Source: Candidatus Hadarchaeum sp. (GTDB taxonomy: Archaea; Hadarchaeota; Hadarchaeia; Hadarchaeales; Hadarchaeaceae). Taken from it: DNA of 64,000 nt. Under the pieces are notes generated by a model. That model saw only the letters and a list, made by a program, of their open reading frames with translations. It searched no databases and had not been told where the DNA came from. The stretch spans positions 1 to 64,000 of the forward strand of contig NZ_JBMFOX010000003.1 in assembly GCF_049969415.1 (NCBI RefSeq), written 5' to 3'. The stretch's first letter is position 1. Each line of letters begins with the position of its first letter. The translations under genes were made by a program, and so were the position numbers. Positions 1 to 10,910 of the stretch are shown one piece after another.

Positions 1-182
1 GAGCGTCGGTCGATGAAATCCTTTCAAGAATTGGCTCGATGAGCCAAACCGGAGCTTGCGCAGGAGATTTCGCGTTTATTTGTGCAACAATGCAGAATTT
101 CGGAGATGATGTGGGAGCAAGGGTGATTTTGCCCAAGGGCAAGCTTTTCATAGCCTTTTGATAATTAGGTTTTGGCGATTGA

Positions 183-1688
183 GTGAGATTTGAACTCAAA
201 GGCAAGCTGGCATTCAGCAGCGAACTATCTGGGCTGACCGGTGAAATCAGTTCCATCATTAAGGGAGCCGAACCCGTTCTCAGCCGCGGGGCGCCAAAGG
301 GCAAGGAGACTGAGGCAGCGAGGGTAGTCGGTTGGCACGTGGCTGGAAGCGAGCTTGAGTTGGAGATAGAGTCTGGGCGGTACGTTAGGGCGCACGACGC
401 TTTGCTCAGGATAGCCAAAGTTTTAGCTACCGAGCTGGGCAAGAAGCATAAGATGGGTCTTAGGGGAATAACGGCCAGTGATTACCGTATAGTTTTACCG
501 ATTGCGGAGGCACCAGCGGAGGCAGTGGCCGAGCTAAAGAAACTGCCCTATGAGGTGACGGTGGGAGAATCCTCGGTTGAGATACACCTAACGGGACTCA
601 GCGAGGCCGACCTGAGAGGCAGGCTGGTGGACCGACTAGTTTCGATGGTCGAGGAAGCTGTTTCGCGAACATCGGTTAGCGCCGCTGAGCCTAAAGTCAT
701 TAGAGAGGGACCTAAGCGTTCACATGCCTTCCGGGAAAACCCATTTGATGTCGCTAGGAAGCTGGGCTGGATTCGAGACTTTCCCGGTCGCGGCCAGTGG
801 ATTTACGAGGGACCGTATGCAAAGCTGTTTCGGGCGATTGAGGACATCATAATTGAAGAGGTGGCCCGGCCGTTGAACTTTGAGGAAGTGATGTTTCCCA
901 AGCTAATACCGCTCGAGGTAATGCAGAGGATGCCGGGCTATCTCGATGGCGTGCCCGAGGGCATGTATTACGTTGCACCGCCACCGCGGGACCCCGAGGC
1001 CTTTAAGGATTTCAAACAGAAGATCAAGCTCACCAAGCGCATCCCGGTCGAGGAGCTCAAAAAGATACTGAAGGAGCCGGCCTACGTGCTGGCCCCAGCC
1101 CAATGTGAGCCCTTCTACGAGAGCTTCGCCTCCAGCCACGTCAGGCTTGAGGACCTCCCGGTGAAACAGTTTGATCGCAGCGGCTGGACCTACCGCTGGG
1201 AGGGCGGCGGCGTCGAGGGGTTGATCAGAACGCAGGAATTTCAACGCATTGAGCTCGTCTTCCTCGGCTCTCCGGAGGACGTGGTTTCAATCCGCGATGC
1301 AGTGGTCGATCGGAGCACCAAGGTGGTGGACCTGCTGGAGATGGAATGGAGGCTCTTGGTCGCCACGCCATTTTACATGAGGGAGGGTGTGGTCGGCGAT
1401 GGCAGCGACAGCAGCAAGGTGGCCACCTACGATATTGAGGTTCTTTTGCCCTACGACGGCAGCTGGCTTGAGATAGGCTCATACAACGTGCATAAGACCA
1501 AGTTCGTGGAAACCTTTAAAATAAAGGAGGTCAAAGGTCGGCAGGTTTGGACGGGCTGCTGCGGCTTCGGGATGAGCCGCTGGGTGGTGGCGTTCCTCGC
1601 CCAGCACGGCTTTGAACCTGCGCGGTGGCCCGAGCCGGTGAGAAAACGGGTTGGCAAGCTGCCTCCCGTTCCAAAGGTGGTTGAGTAA
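183..1688 (+). CDS. serS: Seryl-tRNA synthetase, methanogen type (type 2)
   Basis: N-terminal ESGRYVRAHDALLRI; LAPAQCEPFY, DRSGWTYRWEGGG and VWTGCCGFG motifs. Confidence 0.95.
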   Translation: MRFELKGKLAFSSELSGLTGEISSIIKGAEPVLSRGAPKGKETEAARVVGWHVAGSELELEIESGRYVRAHDALLRIAKVLATELGKKHKMGLRGITASDYRIVLPIAEAPAEAVAELKKLPYEVTVGESSVEIHLTGLSEADLRGRLVDRLVSMVEEAVSRTSVSAAEPKVIREGPKRSHAFRENPFDVARKLGWIRDFPGRGQWIYEGPYAKLFRAIEDIIIEEVARPLNFEEVMFPKLIPLEVMQRMPGYLDGVPEGMYYVAPPPRDPEAFKDFKQKIKLTKRIPVEELKKILKEPAYVLAPAQCEPFYESFASSHVRLEDLPVKQFDRSGWTYRWEGGGVEGLIRTQEFQRIELVFLGSPEDVVSIRDAVVDRSTKVVDLLEMEWRLLVATPFYMREGVVGDGSDSSKVATYDIEVLLPYDGSWLEIGSYNVHKTKFVETFKIKEVKGRQVWTGCCGFGMSRWVVAFLAQHGFEPARWPEPVRKRVGKLPPVPKVVE

Positions 1689-2296
1689 TGGCGGAGGAAA
1701 AAAAGCGAATAATCAAGAAAACCTGGCGGGAGAAGGAATGGTTCGAGGTAGTGGCACCACCGATGTTTGGCAGCCAGAAGATCGGGGAAACCCTGGCCTC
1801 GGAGCCCGAGCAGCTGATAGGCCGGGTGTTTGAGACCACCCTGGGAGACCTCATCGAGGATTTCTCCAAGTCGCACATCAAGCTGTATTTCCAAGTCAAG
1901 GAGGTCAGGGACAGACAGGCGCTGACGAAGTTCATCGGACACGAGATGGCCCGCGACTACATCCGGAGTCAAGTGAGAAGGAGGGCCGGCAAGGTTGATG
2001 ACATCGCGACGGTGACTACTAAGGATGGCTACAAGCTGCGAGTCACCTCGATGGTGACCACACTGCGGAGGGTGCAGAGCACGAAGCTTGATTTAATCCA
2101 CAAGGACATGAGGAAGGTGGTCGAGACCAGAGCGGCCGAGAGAACTCTAGACCAGTTCGTCCAGGAGGCTGTGCTGGGAAAACTTTCGGCCGACATCTAC
2201 AAGGAGGCTAAGAAGTACTGCCCCATCCGCCGGGTTGAGGTTTACAAGAGCAAGGTGCTAAGCGAGCCGGTTCCAGAGCAGGTTAAGAGCCCGTAA
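1688..2296 (+). CDS. rps3ae: 30S ribosomal protein S3Ae (eS1)
   Basis: WREKEWFEVVAPPMFG, GRVFETTLGDL, PIRRVEVYKSKVL. Confidence 0.97.
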   Translation: MAEEKKRIIKKTWREKEWFEVVAPPMFGSQKIGETLASEPEQLIGRVFETTLGDLIEDFSKSHIKLYFQVKEVRDRQALTKFIGHEMARDYIRSQVRRRAGKVDDIATVTTKDGYKLRVTSMVTTLRRVQSTKLDLIHKDMRKVVETRAAERTLDQFVQEAVLGKLSADIYKEAKKYCPIRRVEVYKSKVLSEPVPEQVKSP

Positions 2297-2321
2297 GGTT
2301 ATTTTTAATCCGGATGGTTGT

Positions 2322-3671
2322 ATGGGAAGGCTCTTCGGAACCTCCGGAGTGCGCGGGTTGGTGGGGGAGCGGATTACTCCTGAGCTAGTCATGGGATTGG
2401 GACAGGCGCTCGCCTCCTTTTTGGGTAATTCAGGGACGGTAGTCGTCGGCAAAGACACTAGGACCTCTAGCGATGTGCTGGAGAGCTGTTTGATCTCTGG
2501 ACTCCTTTCGGGTGGATGCGATGTCAAGCGCTTGGGTGTGGTGCCCACGCCGGCGGTCAGTTTTGCCGTTAGAAATTTGAGGGCCAAAGCCGGAGCGATG
2601 ATTACCGCTTCTCATAATCCGCCCGAGTACAATGGGGTCAAGTTATTCGATGGCTCCGGAATGGCCTACACCTCACTGCTCGAGGACAGGGTGGAACGGA
2701 TTTACTTTGGAAAAAAATGGCATCAGGTTTCATGGGATGAGATCGGCGGCGTGGAGGATCTAGATATTATCCCCGATTATATCGGGGCGCTTGCCGGCAT
2801 GGTCGAGATCTCCAAGGAGTACAAAGTCGTGGTTGATTGTGGCAACGGGGCGGCCTCCGTGGTGGCCCCGAGGCTCCTCCGCGAGTTGGGTTGCAAGGTG
2901 GTCTCTTTGAACTCCCAACCCGACGGACTTTTCCCGGGTAGGCCTCTTGAACCCAGCCCGGAGAACTTGGTCGAGCTTTGTCGCGTGGTGAGGTCGACGG
3001 AGTCGGATTTGGGCATTGCTCACGATGGAGATGCCGACAGGGTGGTCATCGTCAGTGAAAAAGGTTCGGTGGCCTCTGGCGATGAAGTTCTGGCAATCAT
3101 GGCCTCGAATCAAGTCGCCAAGAAAGGAGACGTGATAGTTACCACCGTAGACGCCTCTAATGTTGTGGATGAGGTTGTGGCCGATGTTGGGGGCAAGGTT
3201 GTCAGGACTAAAGTCGGAGATGTCAGCGTTGCAGCTGAAATCAACCGCCGTGGCGCCGTTTTCGGGGGCGAGCCTTGCGGGGCTTGGATATTCCCAAGCT
3301 TCAGCATGGCTCCCGAGGGTCTACTTGGCGCTTTGAAAGTGCTGGAGCTTTTGGACGCTTCTGGAACGAAGATTTCCCAACAGCTTGAGCCACTGCCCGA
3401 TTACTTCATGCTTAGAGAAAAAATTGCTTGTCCCGAGGACCGAAAGAGCAAGATCATGGCTCAGGTTTCTAAGCGGCTGGTGAAGGAATTCAGCGAAGCA
3501 ATTGGAGTGATCAAAGTCGACGGTGTTCGCGTGAATTTCCTTGATGGCTGGGTTCTGGTCAGGGCTTCGGGCACGGAGCCGTACATCCGGGTGACGGCTG
3601 AAGCGAGAACTCCTGGGCGGGCGGAGGAAATTCTAAAGGCGACAATAGGCGCCTTGAAGAAGATGCGTTAG
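2322..3671 (+). CDS. glmM: Phosphoglucosamine mutase / phosphohexomutase
   Basis: LFGTSGVRG, ITASHNPPEYNG, DGDADR, RASGTEP. Confidence 0.9.
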   Translation: MGRLFGTSGVRGLVGERITPELVMGLGQALASFLGNSGTVVVGKDTRTSSDVLESCLISGLLSGGCDVKRLGVVPTPAVSFAVRNLRAKAGAMITASHNPPEYNGVKLFDGSGMAYTSLLEDRVERIYFGKKWHQVSWDEIGGVEDLDIIPDYIGALAGMVEISKEYKVVVDCGNGAASVVAPRLLRELGCKVVSLNSQPDGLFPGRPLEPSPENLVELCRVVRSTESDLGIAHDGDADRVVIVSEKGSVASGDEVLAIMASNQVAKKGDVIVTTVDASNVVDEVVADVGGKVVRTKVGDVSVAAEINRRGAVFGGEPCGAWIFPSFSMAPEGLLGALKVLELLDASGTKISQQLEPLPDYFMLREKIACPEDRKSKIMAQVSKRLVKEFSEAIGVIKVDGVRVNFLDGWVLVRASGTEPYIRVTAEARTPGRAEEILKATIGALKKMR

Positions 3672-3673
3672 GT

Positions 3674-4408
3674 TTAGATTTTTATTCCGAAAATTCGGGA
3701 TGCATTTTCTGTCGTTTTTTCAGATAGTTCGGCCTCTTCGACCTCCTTCAGCTGGGCCACGGCCTTCAGCGTTTTGATTATGTGGCTGGGCGTGGCGGCA
3801 ACGCCACGATATTTTACCGGAGAGTCGGTTTCAAGCAGCAGCTGTTCGAGCGGCACCGCTTTGATCGCCGTTCGGTGAGCCTCGCTGAACTCAGCTGCAG
3901 GCGTGGCCGAGACATAATAACCTCGCGCGATGATTTTTTGGAGAACATCCAGCGGGCCACTGTACCAGTGAAAAACCGCCCTGTCGATTCCGGCTCTATC
4001 TACCATCTCGAATGCTTCCCGCCAGGCCCAGCGGGAGTGGATGATAACCGGTTTGTCGTAGTGCGCAGCCAGATCAAGTATCTGAGAGAACGCCTTGATT
4101 TGTAGTTCCTTTGGGGTTTGATATCTGAAGTCTAATCCCACTTCACCCAGAGCAATGCATCTTTCAATATTTTCCTCGATGGACCGGATTGCTCTTTCGA
4201 TGTTTTCACGCAGGTTCCAGGGATGAAGGCCCAAGGCGGGAAGTACGTAGTTGGGATACCGTTGGGAAATATCTTGCACGGCTTTATTGGAATCTTCGTC
4301 AGCGCCGACTGCTATGACAGCTGCCACTCCGTTCTCCTTGGCGATTTTTAGTTCTTGGTCCAGATTGGGCACTTCTTCAAGGTGGGCATGACAATCGATT
4401 ACCCGCAT
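3674..4408 (-). CDS. TatD family hydrolase/DNase
   Basis: IDCHAHL, GLHPW, GEVGLD, IIHSR, LETDSP. Confidence 0.93.
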   Translation of the reverse strand: MRVIDCHAHLEEVPNLDQELKIAKENGVAAVIAVGADEDSNKAVQDISQRYPNYVLPALGLHPWNLRENIERAIRSIEENIERCIALGEVGLDFRYQTPKELQIKAFSQILDLAAHYDKPVIIHSRWAWREAFEMVDRAGIDRAVFHWYSGPLDVLQKIIARGYYVSATPAAEFSEAHRTAIKAVPLEQLLLETDSPVKYRGVAATPSHIIKTLKAVAQLKEVEEAELSEKTTENASRIFGIKI

Positions 4409-4421
4409 AGAATACCCAAAT

Positions 4422-5147
4422 TTATCCCAACCGCAGCATGTTTATCCGTTTCGACGGCCTCAAATCATGGAAAAGATTTTCCGATATTTTTTTCAGCCTT
4501 ATGATTTTCCCCTCCGGTTGGATGAGCCAGGTCATCCAACAGAGCTCTATCGGCCGGTATCCGCAGGCAGCAGCGACCTCTTCGGCTTTTTTTATAAATT
4601 TAATATCATCATTTACCGGTTGTTCGCCCGCGAGCACTAGGATTTCGTTGATTACCCGCTTGACGATTTTGTCCGGCATCACGGTGTCGATACCGCCCAT
4701 CATCCTCAGGTATTGAAAGGTGATCAGGCCGACCCCCTTGATTTTGCCGATGGGGTCTTCACGCCATTTTTCTAGCTGGGAGCTTTTCGCCCAGCTTCGA
4801 AGCGCAGTTCTGTCGTCGCCAACTCAGAGAGATAGGAGGCGATTTCTTTAGCGACTTTCCATGATCTTTCGTTTCGCCATAATTTTTTGAGCTCGTTAAT
4901 ATCCGCTGCGGCGAGATCGGAGAGATTTTTTATCTTGCCAGCTTTCACAAATTTTTTGATTGAATTCGGTGACTTTGGGAACGACAGCCGTAAAGTAGTT
5001 CAACCCGATTGAGGTGAAGGCTGCATCTACTACCATGAGCACCACGTTTCCTCCCCATCGCCTGCTTCTTAGGCACCGGTCGCAGAGTTTTTTCACGCCG
5101 ATGACCTTTTCCATATAACTATCGACAAGTTTCTTCAGCGATGTCAT
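4422..5147 (-). pseudogene. Frameshifted archaeal protein with HhH-like motif
   Basis: ORFs 4896-5147 and 4422-4703 join through frameshifts near 4955 (A6 run) and about 4820 to give ...KLWRNERSWKVAKEIA...DPIGKIKGVGLITFQYLRMMGGIDTVMPD. Confidence 0.7.
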
Positions 5148-5268
5148 CTAACCGTAATCACGTTCAAGCTCAATTTTTATCCTTTCTGAGCGCTTCAAGT
5201 GAAATTTAGCTTCAGGAGAGACTAAGCTGGCCAGACAAAAAAGAATTGTCGCGTCTTAATTTGAGCCG

Positions 5269-5592
5269 TTAAGCCACCGAAGAGCCGCCTTTCAGCACAA
5301 TCTCGTCCCCACCATTGGATTCATCGTACATAATCCAAGTCAACCGGGGTGTTGCTAGCGACATCGTCCTGATTGCCGATAGCAGTTGCATTTTATCTTT
5401 CTCGTTTTTTACCCTTGAGAACCCCCATCTAGCTCCGCTGGGCTCCAAGTGGTTCAAGAGATCGGATTTTCGCCAGAGCTTGATGCGTTCCCAATAGCTT
5501 CGGTTCTCGTTAAACTTTTCCTTAATTCTCAACAGCAGTTTCAGCTCGTCGGGAGTAACGGCCTCGAGGGTTTGGTAGTGGACGAGCTTCAG
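5269..5592 (-). CDS. Hypothetical protein (about 107 aa, probable CTG start)
   Basis: Frame of ORF 5269-5532 stays open upstream (KLVHYQTLEAVTPDELKLLL) to a CTG preceded by GGGAGAG. Confidence 0.5.
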   Translation of the reverse strand: MKLVHYQTLEAVTPDELKLLLRIKEKFNENRSYWERIKLWRKSDLLNHLEPSGARWGFSRVKNEKDKMQLLSAIRTMSLATPRLTWIMYDESNGGDEIVLKGGSSVA

Positions 5593-5709
5593 GCTCTCCC
5601 ATCAGGCCTTTTGAGAAAGGAGGTTTATAAAGGAGAAATGCTCTTATCGCAATGGTTTTTAATTCTCAACGTTTTATTAGCCCTAGCCACCACAATAATG
5701 GTGATAAGG

Positions 5710-7002
5710 ATGAAGGCAGTAATCTTAGCGGCAGGCCTAGGCACGAGAATGAGGCCGTTAACGTTCACCAAACCCAAATTTCTGCTACCGGTGGCGGGCA
5801 AGCCGGCGCTGGATCATGTGATCTCACTCCTCCGCAACGCCGGAGTGGAAAGGGTCGCGATGGTCGTGGGTTTTGGCAAGGACCAGATAATGGAAAGGTA
5901 TGGAGACGGGTCTGGCTTCGGCGTCCACGTGGACTATCTGCACCAAAAGGAGCTGCTTGGAACTGCACATGCAGTTTCGCTGGCCGAGGATTTTGTGGGT
6001 GAGGAACGCTTTGTGGTAATGAATGGAGACACGCTGGTGGATCAGGAATCCTTAAACGCTTTCATTGCCCGCTATCAGAAGCTGAGTGAACGGAGGAACT
6101 TTTCCTGCCTCATGGGGACGATTGAGGTCGAGGATCCGGCCCAGTTCGGCATCGTCTTTGTTAAAGATGACCGGGTAACCGAGATTGTTGAGAAGCCCAA
6201 GCGCGTGAGGAGCCGTCTGGCCAATGCCGGGATTTATGTTTTCGATCCCAAGATATTTGACTTTATTCGGAAAACCAAAAAATCCAAACGCGGGGAATAT
6301 GAAATTACTTCTTCGATTCAGATGATGATAGATGCTGGCGGGGAAGTTTATACCTCCCCACTCGCGCTCTGGGCAGACATCGGTCGGCCTTGGGATTTGC
6401 TCGTGGCCAACGAATACTTCCTCAGGAATCTAAAGGGGGAAATCCACGGAAAGATTGAACACGGTGTTTACATTGAATCCAACGTCTATGTGGGTGAGGG
6501 AACGAGGATCAGGTCCGGTTCTTACATCGAGGGGCCCACCTACATTGGCAATAACTGCGACATCGGCCCCAACTGCTTTATCCGCCCAGCTACTAGCGTT
6601 GGTGATTATGTTAGAATTGGCAATGGTGTTGAGATAAAGAACAGCATTATCATGGACCACACCAATGTGGCTCACCTCTCTTATGTAGGGGACAGCATCA
6701 TCGGGAGCCGGTGCAACTTTGGGGCCGGCACCACCATCGCCAACCTGCGTCTGGATGAAAGCGCGGTTAAGATGAAGATTAGCGGGAGAATTATTGACAC
6801 CGGGAGGAAGAAACTTGGAACGGTGATTGGAGATGATGTTAAAACAGGGGTTAACTCCATGATAAATCCAGGTGTCAAGATAGGCCCGAACGCCGCGGTC
6901 GGTCCAGGTGCGGTTGTCTATGAGGACGTTGAGCCAAACACGTTGGTGATAGCCGAGCCGGTTATCAAAAAGCACAGGTGGCCTCGAAAGACACGGTGGT
7001 GA
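5710..7002 (+). CDS. glmU: Bifunctional sugar-1-phosphate nucleotidylyltransferase/acetyltransferase (archaeal GlmU)
   Basis: MKAVILAAGLGTRMRPLT; hexapeptide repeats; HLSYVGDSIIG; start moved to the ATG after GGTGA. Confidence 0.92.
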   Translation: MKAVILAAGLGTRMRPLTFTKPKFLLPVAGKPALDHVISLLRNAGVERVAMVVGFGKDQIMERYGDGSGFGVHVDYLHQKELLGTAHAVSLAEDFVGEERFVVMNGDTLVDQESLNAFIARYQKLSERRNFSCLMGTIEVEDPAQFGIVFVKDDRVTEIVEKPKRVRSRLANAGIYVFDPKIFDFIRKTKKSKRGEYEITSSIQMMIDAGGEVYTSPLALWADIGRPWDLLVANEYFLRNLKGEIHGKIEHGVYIESNVYVGEGTRIRSGSYIEGPTYIGNNCDIGPNCFIRPATSVGDYVRIGNGVEIKNSIIMDHTNVAHLSYVGDSIIGSRCNFGAGTTIANLRLDESAVKMKISGRIIDTGRKKLGTVIGDDVKTGVNSMINPGVKIGPNAAVGPGAVVYEDVEPNTLVIAEPVIKKHRWPRKTRW

Positions 7003-7003
7003 G

Positions 7004-7345
7004 ATGGGAGATTATTCCGAGGAAGAATTCAGGAAGAAATACCCCAACTTGGCCCGGGAGCTCGGAGGCAAGGGGAGCATCAGGATAAACTCCGTTAGGA
7101 GCACCGTTGACGAGGGGGAACGGGCGGCCTGCTCTGATCACGGTTATCAACCGACGGCGGTGGATTTCATCCGCAGATGCTCGACTGAGGAGCAGGCGCT
7201 GGAGATAATAAACTACCTTGAGGGCAGAAAGGAGATAGATGAAGATCATGCCAAGAGGCTCCGCAGGCAGCTGGTCGAGCGCGGGTTGAACAGCTTCGGC
7301 AGCCACAAGGAGCCGGGATATTACGATCGGGTGGCGAAGGGTTAA
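7004..7345 (+). CDS. DUF2095 family protein
   Basis: EEFRKKYPNLAREL, PTAVDFIRRC, FGSHKEPGYY. Confidence 0.8.
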   Translation: MGDYSEEEFRKKYPNLARELGGKGSIRINSVRSTVDEGERAACSDHGYQPTAVDFIRRCSTEEQALEIINYLEGRKEIDEDHAKRLRRQLVERGLNSFGSHKEPGYYDRVAKG

Positions 7346-7347
7346 TC

Positions 7348-8550
7348 GTGCTTGAGCTGGGATTGGTCGGCAAGCCCAACACGGGCAAGACGACTTTTTT
7401 CAACGCGGTGACCTTGGCCAATGCTCCGGTGGCGGGATATCCCTTCACTACGATCGATGCTAATGTCGGCGTAACTTACGTCCGGAGCAAGTGTCCCTGC
7501 CGGGAGTTTAACGTTGTCTGCAATCCGCAGAATTCCAAGTGCATTAACGGCGTGCGCCATGTACCTGTCAGAATCATCGACGTGGCCGGGCTGGTTGAAG
7601 GCGCGCATATGGGGAGGGGGCTGGGGAATAGATTTCTGGACAACCTGCGCATGGCCGCAGCTTTGATTCACATAATAGATGCTTCTGGCGCCACCGACGC
7701 GGAGGGAAGGCCCTGCCCGCCCGGTACTCATGACCCGTTGAAGGACATCGATTTTCTTGAGGTCGAAATTGCGATGTGGATTCGAGGGCTGCTCGCCAAG
7801 GATTGGCCCAAATTTGCTCGCCGGGCCAAGTACGAGAAGCTGGATTTGGTTAAGGAGATAACGAACCGCCTCAGCGGTTTAGGGGTGAAGCACGGTCACG
7901 TCTATGGGGCCTTCAAGCTGGCGGCCTTAGATCAATCCAATCCGGAAAAGTGGACGGCGGATGATCTGCTCAGATTTGTGGCGGAGTTGCGTAAGGTCAG
8001 CAAGCCGATCATGATTGCGGCCAACAAGGCGGATGTCTCCACTGCGGATGAAAACATCGCGCGTTTGAGGAAGCGCGGCTACATCGTTGTGCCCACCTGT
8101 GCCGAGGCCGAATTGGTCTTGCGGCGAGCGGCGGAGAAAGGGATAGTTGAATATCATCCGGGTGATTCCGAGTTTAAGTTGTTAAAGCCAGAGCTGCTGA
8201 ACGAGCAGCAGAAAATGGCGCTGGAAAAGATCTCGGCCTTGTTGAAAAAGTTCGGTTCGACGGGAGTTCAGCAGGTGGTGGATCGGGCGGTTTATGAGCT
8301 TCTGAATCTGATCGTGGTTTATCCTGTTGATGACGAGCACAAGCTGACGGACAAGAATGGAAATGTCCTTCCCGATGCCTTTCTGGTCCGCAAAGGAACC
8401 ACGGCGCGGGAATTTGCCTACACTATTCACACCGATTTGGGTGAGGCATTCCTCTATGCGATTGATGCACGGACGAAGCGCAGGCTGGGGGAGGACTATG
8501 AGCTGAAAGACCGCGACATCATCAAGATAGTTTCCAGCCGGGGTCGGTAA
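7348..8550 (+). CDS. ychF: Obg-family ATPase YchF with TGS domain
   Basis: GKPNTGKTT, YPFTTI, DVAGLV, ANKAD, IHTDL. Confidence 0.93.
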   Translation: MLELGLVGKPNTGKTTFFNAVTLANAPVAGYPFTTIDANVGVTYVRSKCPCREFNVVCNPQNSKCINGVRHVPVRIIDVAGLVEGAHMGRGLGNRFLDNLRMAAALIHIIDASGATDAEGRPCPPGTHDPLKDIDFLEVEIAMWIRGLLAKDWPKFARRAKYEKLDLVKEITNRLSGLGVKHGHVYGAFKLAALDQSNPEKWTADDLLRFVAELRKVSKPIMIAANKADVSTADENIARLRKRGYIVVPTCAEAELVLRRAAEKGIVEYHPGDSEFKLLKPELLNEQQKMALEKISALLKKFGSTGVQQVVDRAVYELLNLIVVYPVDDEHKLTDKNGNVLPDAFLVRKGTTAREFAYTIHTDLGEAFLYAIDARTKRRLGEDYELKDRDIIKIVSSRGR

Positions 8551-8630
8551 GAAAAACAGCTCTGTAGAAATTGTTTTTAACTTTGACGGCTATAAAAGAG
8601 GGAAAAGTTAAACTGGGGAAGCGTGATTTG

Positions 8631-9539
8631 ATGGTGAAGATTCTGATTACGGACAAGATAGATGAAGAAGGCATCAGGAGGCTCAGGGAGGTCGCCAGTG
8701 TTGATGTGGCTATTGGCTTGAAGCCTCCGGAGCTTTTAGAAAAGATCAAGGATTATGAGGTTTTGGTCGTCAGAAGCGCGACCAAGGTAACGCTGGAGGT
8801 AATTGAAGCTGGAAAGAAGCTCCGCATCATCGGTCGGGCTGGGGCGGGCGTTGACAACATCGATGTTGAGGCCGCGAAGGCTAGGGGAATAAAAGTTCTT
8901 AACACTCCAGAAGCCCCCACCGAGGCTGTGGCCGAGCTGGTAATGGGCCTGATGCTTTCATGGGCTAGGCGTTTGCCACAGGCGGATTTCAGCATGAAGC
9001 AGGGGAAGTGGTTGAAATCTGAGCTGATGGGAACAGAGCTGCGCGGAAAGACCTTGGGCATCATCGGCACGGGCAAGATTGGACAGCGGGTCGGTGCCCT
9101 TGCGGTCGCCTTTGGGATGAGGATAGTTGCCCAGGATTGCGTGATATATCCGGAGTTTGTTGCCAAGACCGCATGCGAGTACACCGATTTGGACACGGTT
9201 CTCAGGCAGGCGGACTATTTGACCATCCATCTGCCTTTGACGCCGGAGACCAAGTACCTGATAGGACAAAGGGAGCTGAGCCTGATGAAGCCGACCGCCG
9301 TCTTGATTAACACTTCTCGGGGTGAAATAGTTGATGAAAACGCTTTGGTCGAGGCCCTTTCGAGCGGCAAAATCGCGGGCGCCTGCCTTGACGTCTTTTC
9401 CCGCGAGCCGCCGGTGGACAGCCCGTTGCTGAAGCTGCCGAACGTGATCCTGACGCCTCACATAGGCGCCTCAACCCACGAGGCCCAAAGGGAGGCAGCC
9501 ATCCTTATATCGGAGAAGATAAAGGAAGCAATAGTGTAA
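8631..9539 (+). CDS. D-3-phosphoglycerate / D-2-hydroxyacid dehydrogenase
   Basis: [30 protein letters not shown]. Confidence 0.9.
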   Translation: MVKILITDKIDEEGIRRLREVASVDVAIGLKPPELLEKIKDYEVLVVRSATKVTLEVIEAGKKLRIIGRAGAGVDNIDVEAAKARGIKVLNTPEAPTEAVAELVMGLMLSWARRLPQADFSMKQGKWLKSELMGTELRGKTLGIIGTGKIGQRVGALAVAFGMRIVAQDCVIYPEFVAKTACEYTDLDTVLRQADYLTIHLPLTPETKYLIGQRELSLMKPTAVLINTSRGEIVDENALVEALSSGKIAGACLDVFSREPPVDSPLLKLPNVILTPHIGASTHEAQREAAILISEKIKEAIV

Positions 9540-9555
9540 CTTTGGTGGTGTTCAC

Positions 9556-10095
9556 TTGGCGACGGAAAAATCGGTGGTGCTGCGAAGCCGCCTGTCCGAA
9601 TGGCGCAGGGCCCCAGCCATCCAGCGCATCGAGGGCCCAACTAATCCGGAACGGGCGAGAGCGCTGGGTTACAAGGCCAAGCAGGGCGTCGTCGTGGTTA
9701 GGGTCCGGGTCAGAAGGGGCGGCAGGAGAAAGGAGAGGCCCTCGCGCGGGAGAAGGCCGAAGCGCATGGGCGTTTTGAAGATAGTGCCCAAGAAGAGCAT
9801 TCAGCTCATTGCCGAGGAGAGGGCGGCGAGGAAGTGCCCCAACCTCGAGGTTCTTAACTCCTACAAGGTTGCTGAGGATGGCACTCACAAATATTACGAA
9901 GTCATCATGCTCGACCCCCATCATCCGGCCATTAAAAGCGACCCTCAGCTGGGCTGGATAGCGGCTAGGAAGCACCGGGGCCGTGTTTACCGGGGGCTAA
10001 CGCATGCCGGGAAGAAGGCCCGCGGGCTGACTAGGAAGGGCAAGGGCGCGGAGCGCATGAGGCCGAGCGTGAGAGCCCGGAAGAGAATAAAGTGA
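9556..10095 (+). CDS. rpl15e: 50S ribosomal protein L15e
   Basis: [28 protein letters not shown]. Confidence 0.96.
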   Translation: MATEKSVVLRSRLSEWRRAPAIQRIEGPTNPERARALGYKAKQGVVVVRVRVRRGGRRKERPSRGRRPKRMGVLKIVPKKSIQLIAEERAARKCPNLEVLNSYKVAEDGTHKYYEVIMLDPHHPAIKSDPQLGWIAARKHRGRVYRGLTHAGKKARGLTRKGKGAERMRPSVRARKRIK

Positions 10096-10096
10096 G

Positions 10097-10555
10097 TTGA
10101 TGGAGTTTCCCTTCAGCAGCGTGGTAATCAGTCTGCACGTGCATGCCACCGAGGACGAGCAGAAGGTTCTGGAACTGTTGAGAAGTTTTCTACCCGCCTC
10201 GGTGGAGGTGCGCAAGTCACACCTGACCGGACATCACGGAAACCCCATCTCGGTTCTTGAGGCCAGGGTTGGTCAGAAGAAGGAGCTGAGGGAACTGTGG
10301 CGATCAATTCAGATGAAGATGGACGAAGCGGCAGTCTCCTATCTTCGAAAAGCGGTCCGGGAAAGGATTGACGATTCCTGTTTTCTCTACCTCAGGTTTG
10401 ACAAGCAGGCCGCGTGCGAGGGCAGGCTGGTTCTCACCGAGCTGGGTGAGTCAATCCATATAAAGTTCAAGGTGATTTCATTTCCCGCCAAACGTGACGT
10501 GGCTGTGGCTAGGGTGATGGAATTCCTGGAGGCCAGTAGAAATCATGAGGTGTAG
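10097..10555 (+). CDS. DUF54-type RNA-binding protein of the exosome superoperon
   Basis: HVHATEDEQKV, GHHGNPI, YLRFDKQAA; conserved gene context. Confidence 0.85.
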   Translation: MMEFPFSSVVISLHVHATEDEQKVLELLRSFLPASVEVRKSHLTGHHGNPISVLEARVGQKKELRELWRSIQMKMDEAAVSYLRKAVRERIDDSCFLYLRFDKQAACEGRLVLTELGESIHIKFKVISFPAKRDVAVARVMEFLEASRNHEV

Positions 10556-10853
10556 GCGGAGATACGTAGTCTTTGAAGTTGTCGATGGACATCTAAACCT
10601 CGACCAAACCGTTGTCCTGCTTCGTAAAGAGTTGAGGGCGAATCAAAATGGGGTCAGGACAGTTTTTTATGACGTAGATTCGGGGAGGGGGATTCTTTTT
10701 TGCCGCCATCATCTCTTGGACGAACTTAAAAAAAGGATTGTCGAGCGCGGAATTCCGATGAGAGTTGTTGGCGTCTCCGGCACGATTAGAACCGCAAAAA
10801 GAAAGTTTGGATCATCGCAGGCCGGCAGAGGTAGCGCCCGCGGCCGCCGCTAA
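10545..10853 (+). CDS. rnp2: RNase P protein Pop5/Rpp14 family
   Basis: RRRYVVFEV and GVSGTIRTAKRKF; located before psmA. Confidence 0.8.
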   Translation: MRCRRRYVVFEVVDGHLNLDQTVVLLRKELRANQNGVRTVFYDVDSGRGILFCRHHLLDELKKRIVERGIPMRVVGVSGTIRTAKRKFGSSQAGRGSARGRR

Positions 10854-10910
10854 CGTTAAATATGCCTATATCTTACAGTTATTGAATCAGGGTCATAGGT
10901 TTAAGCAAGG

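Noticed and set aside
5449-5709. Long N-terminal extension of GlmU in the ORF track
   Set aside because: It overlaps an opposite-strand ORF; the conserved start with a ribosome-binding site is at 5710.
10097-10853. Absence of rpp30 from the exosome superoperon
   Set aside because: Gene order in this operon varies among archaea and the gene may lie elsewhere.
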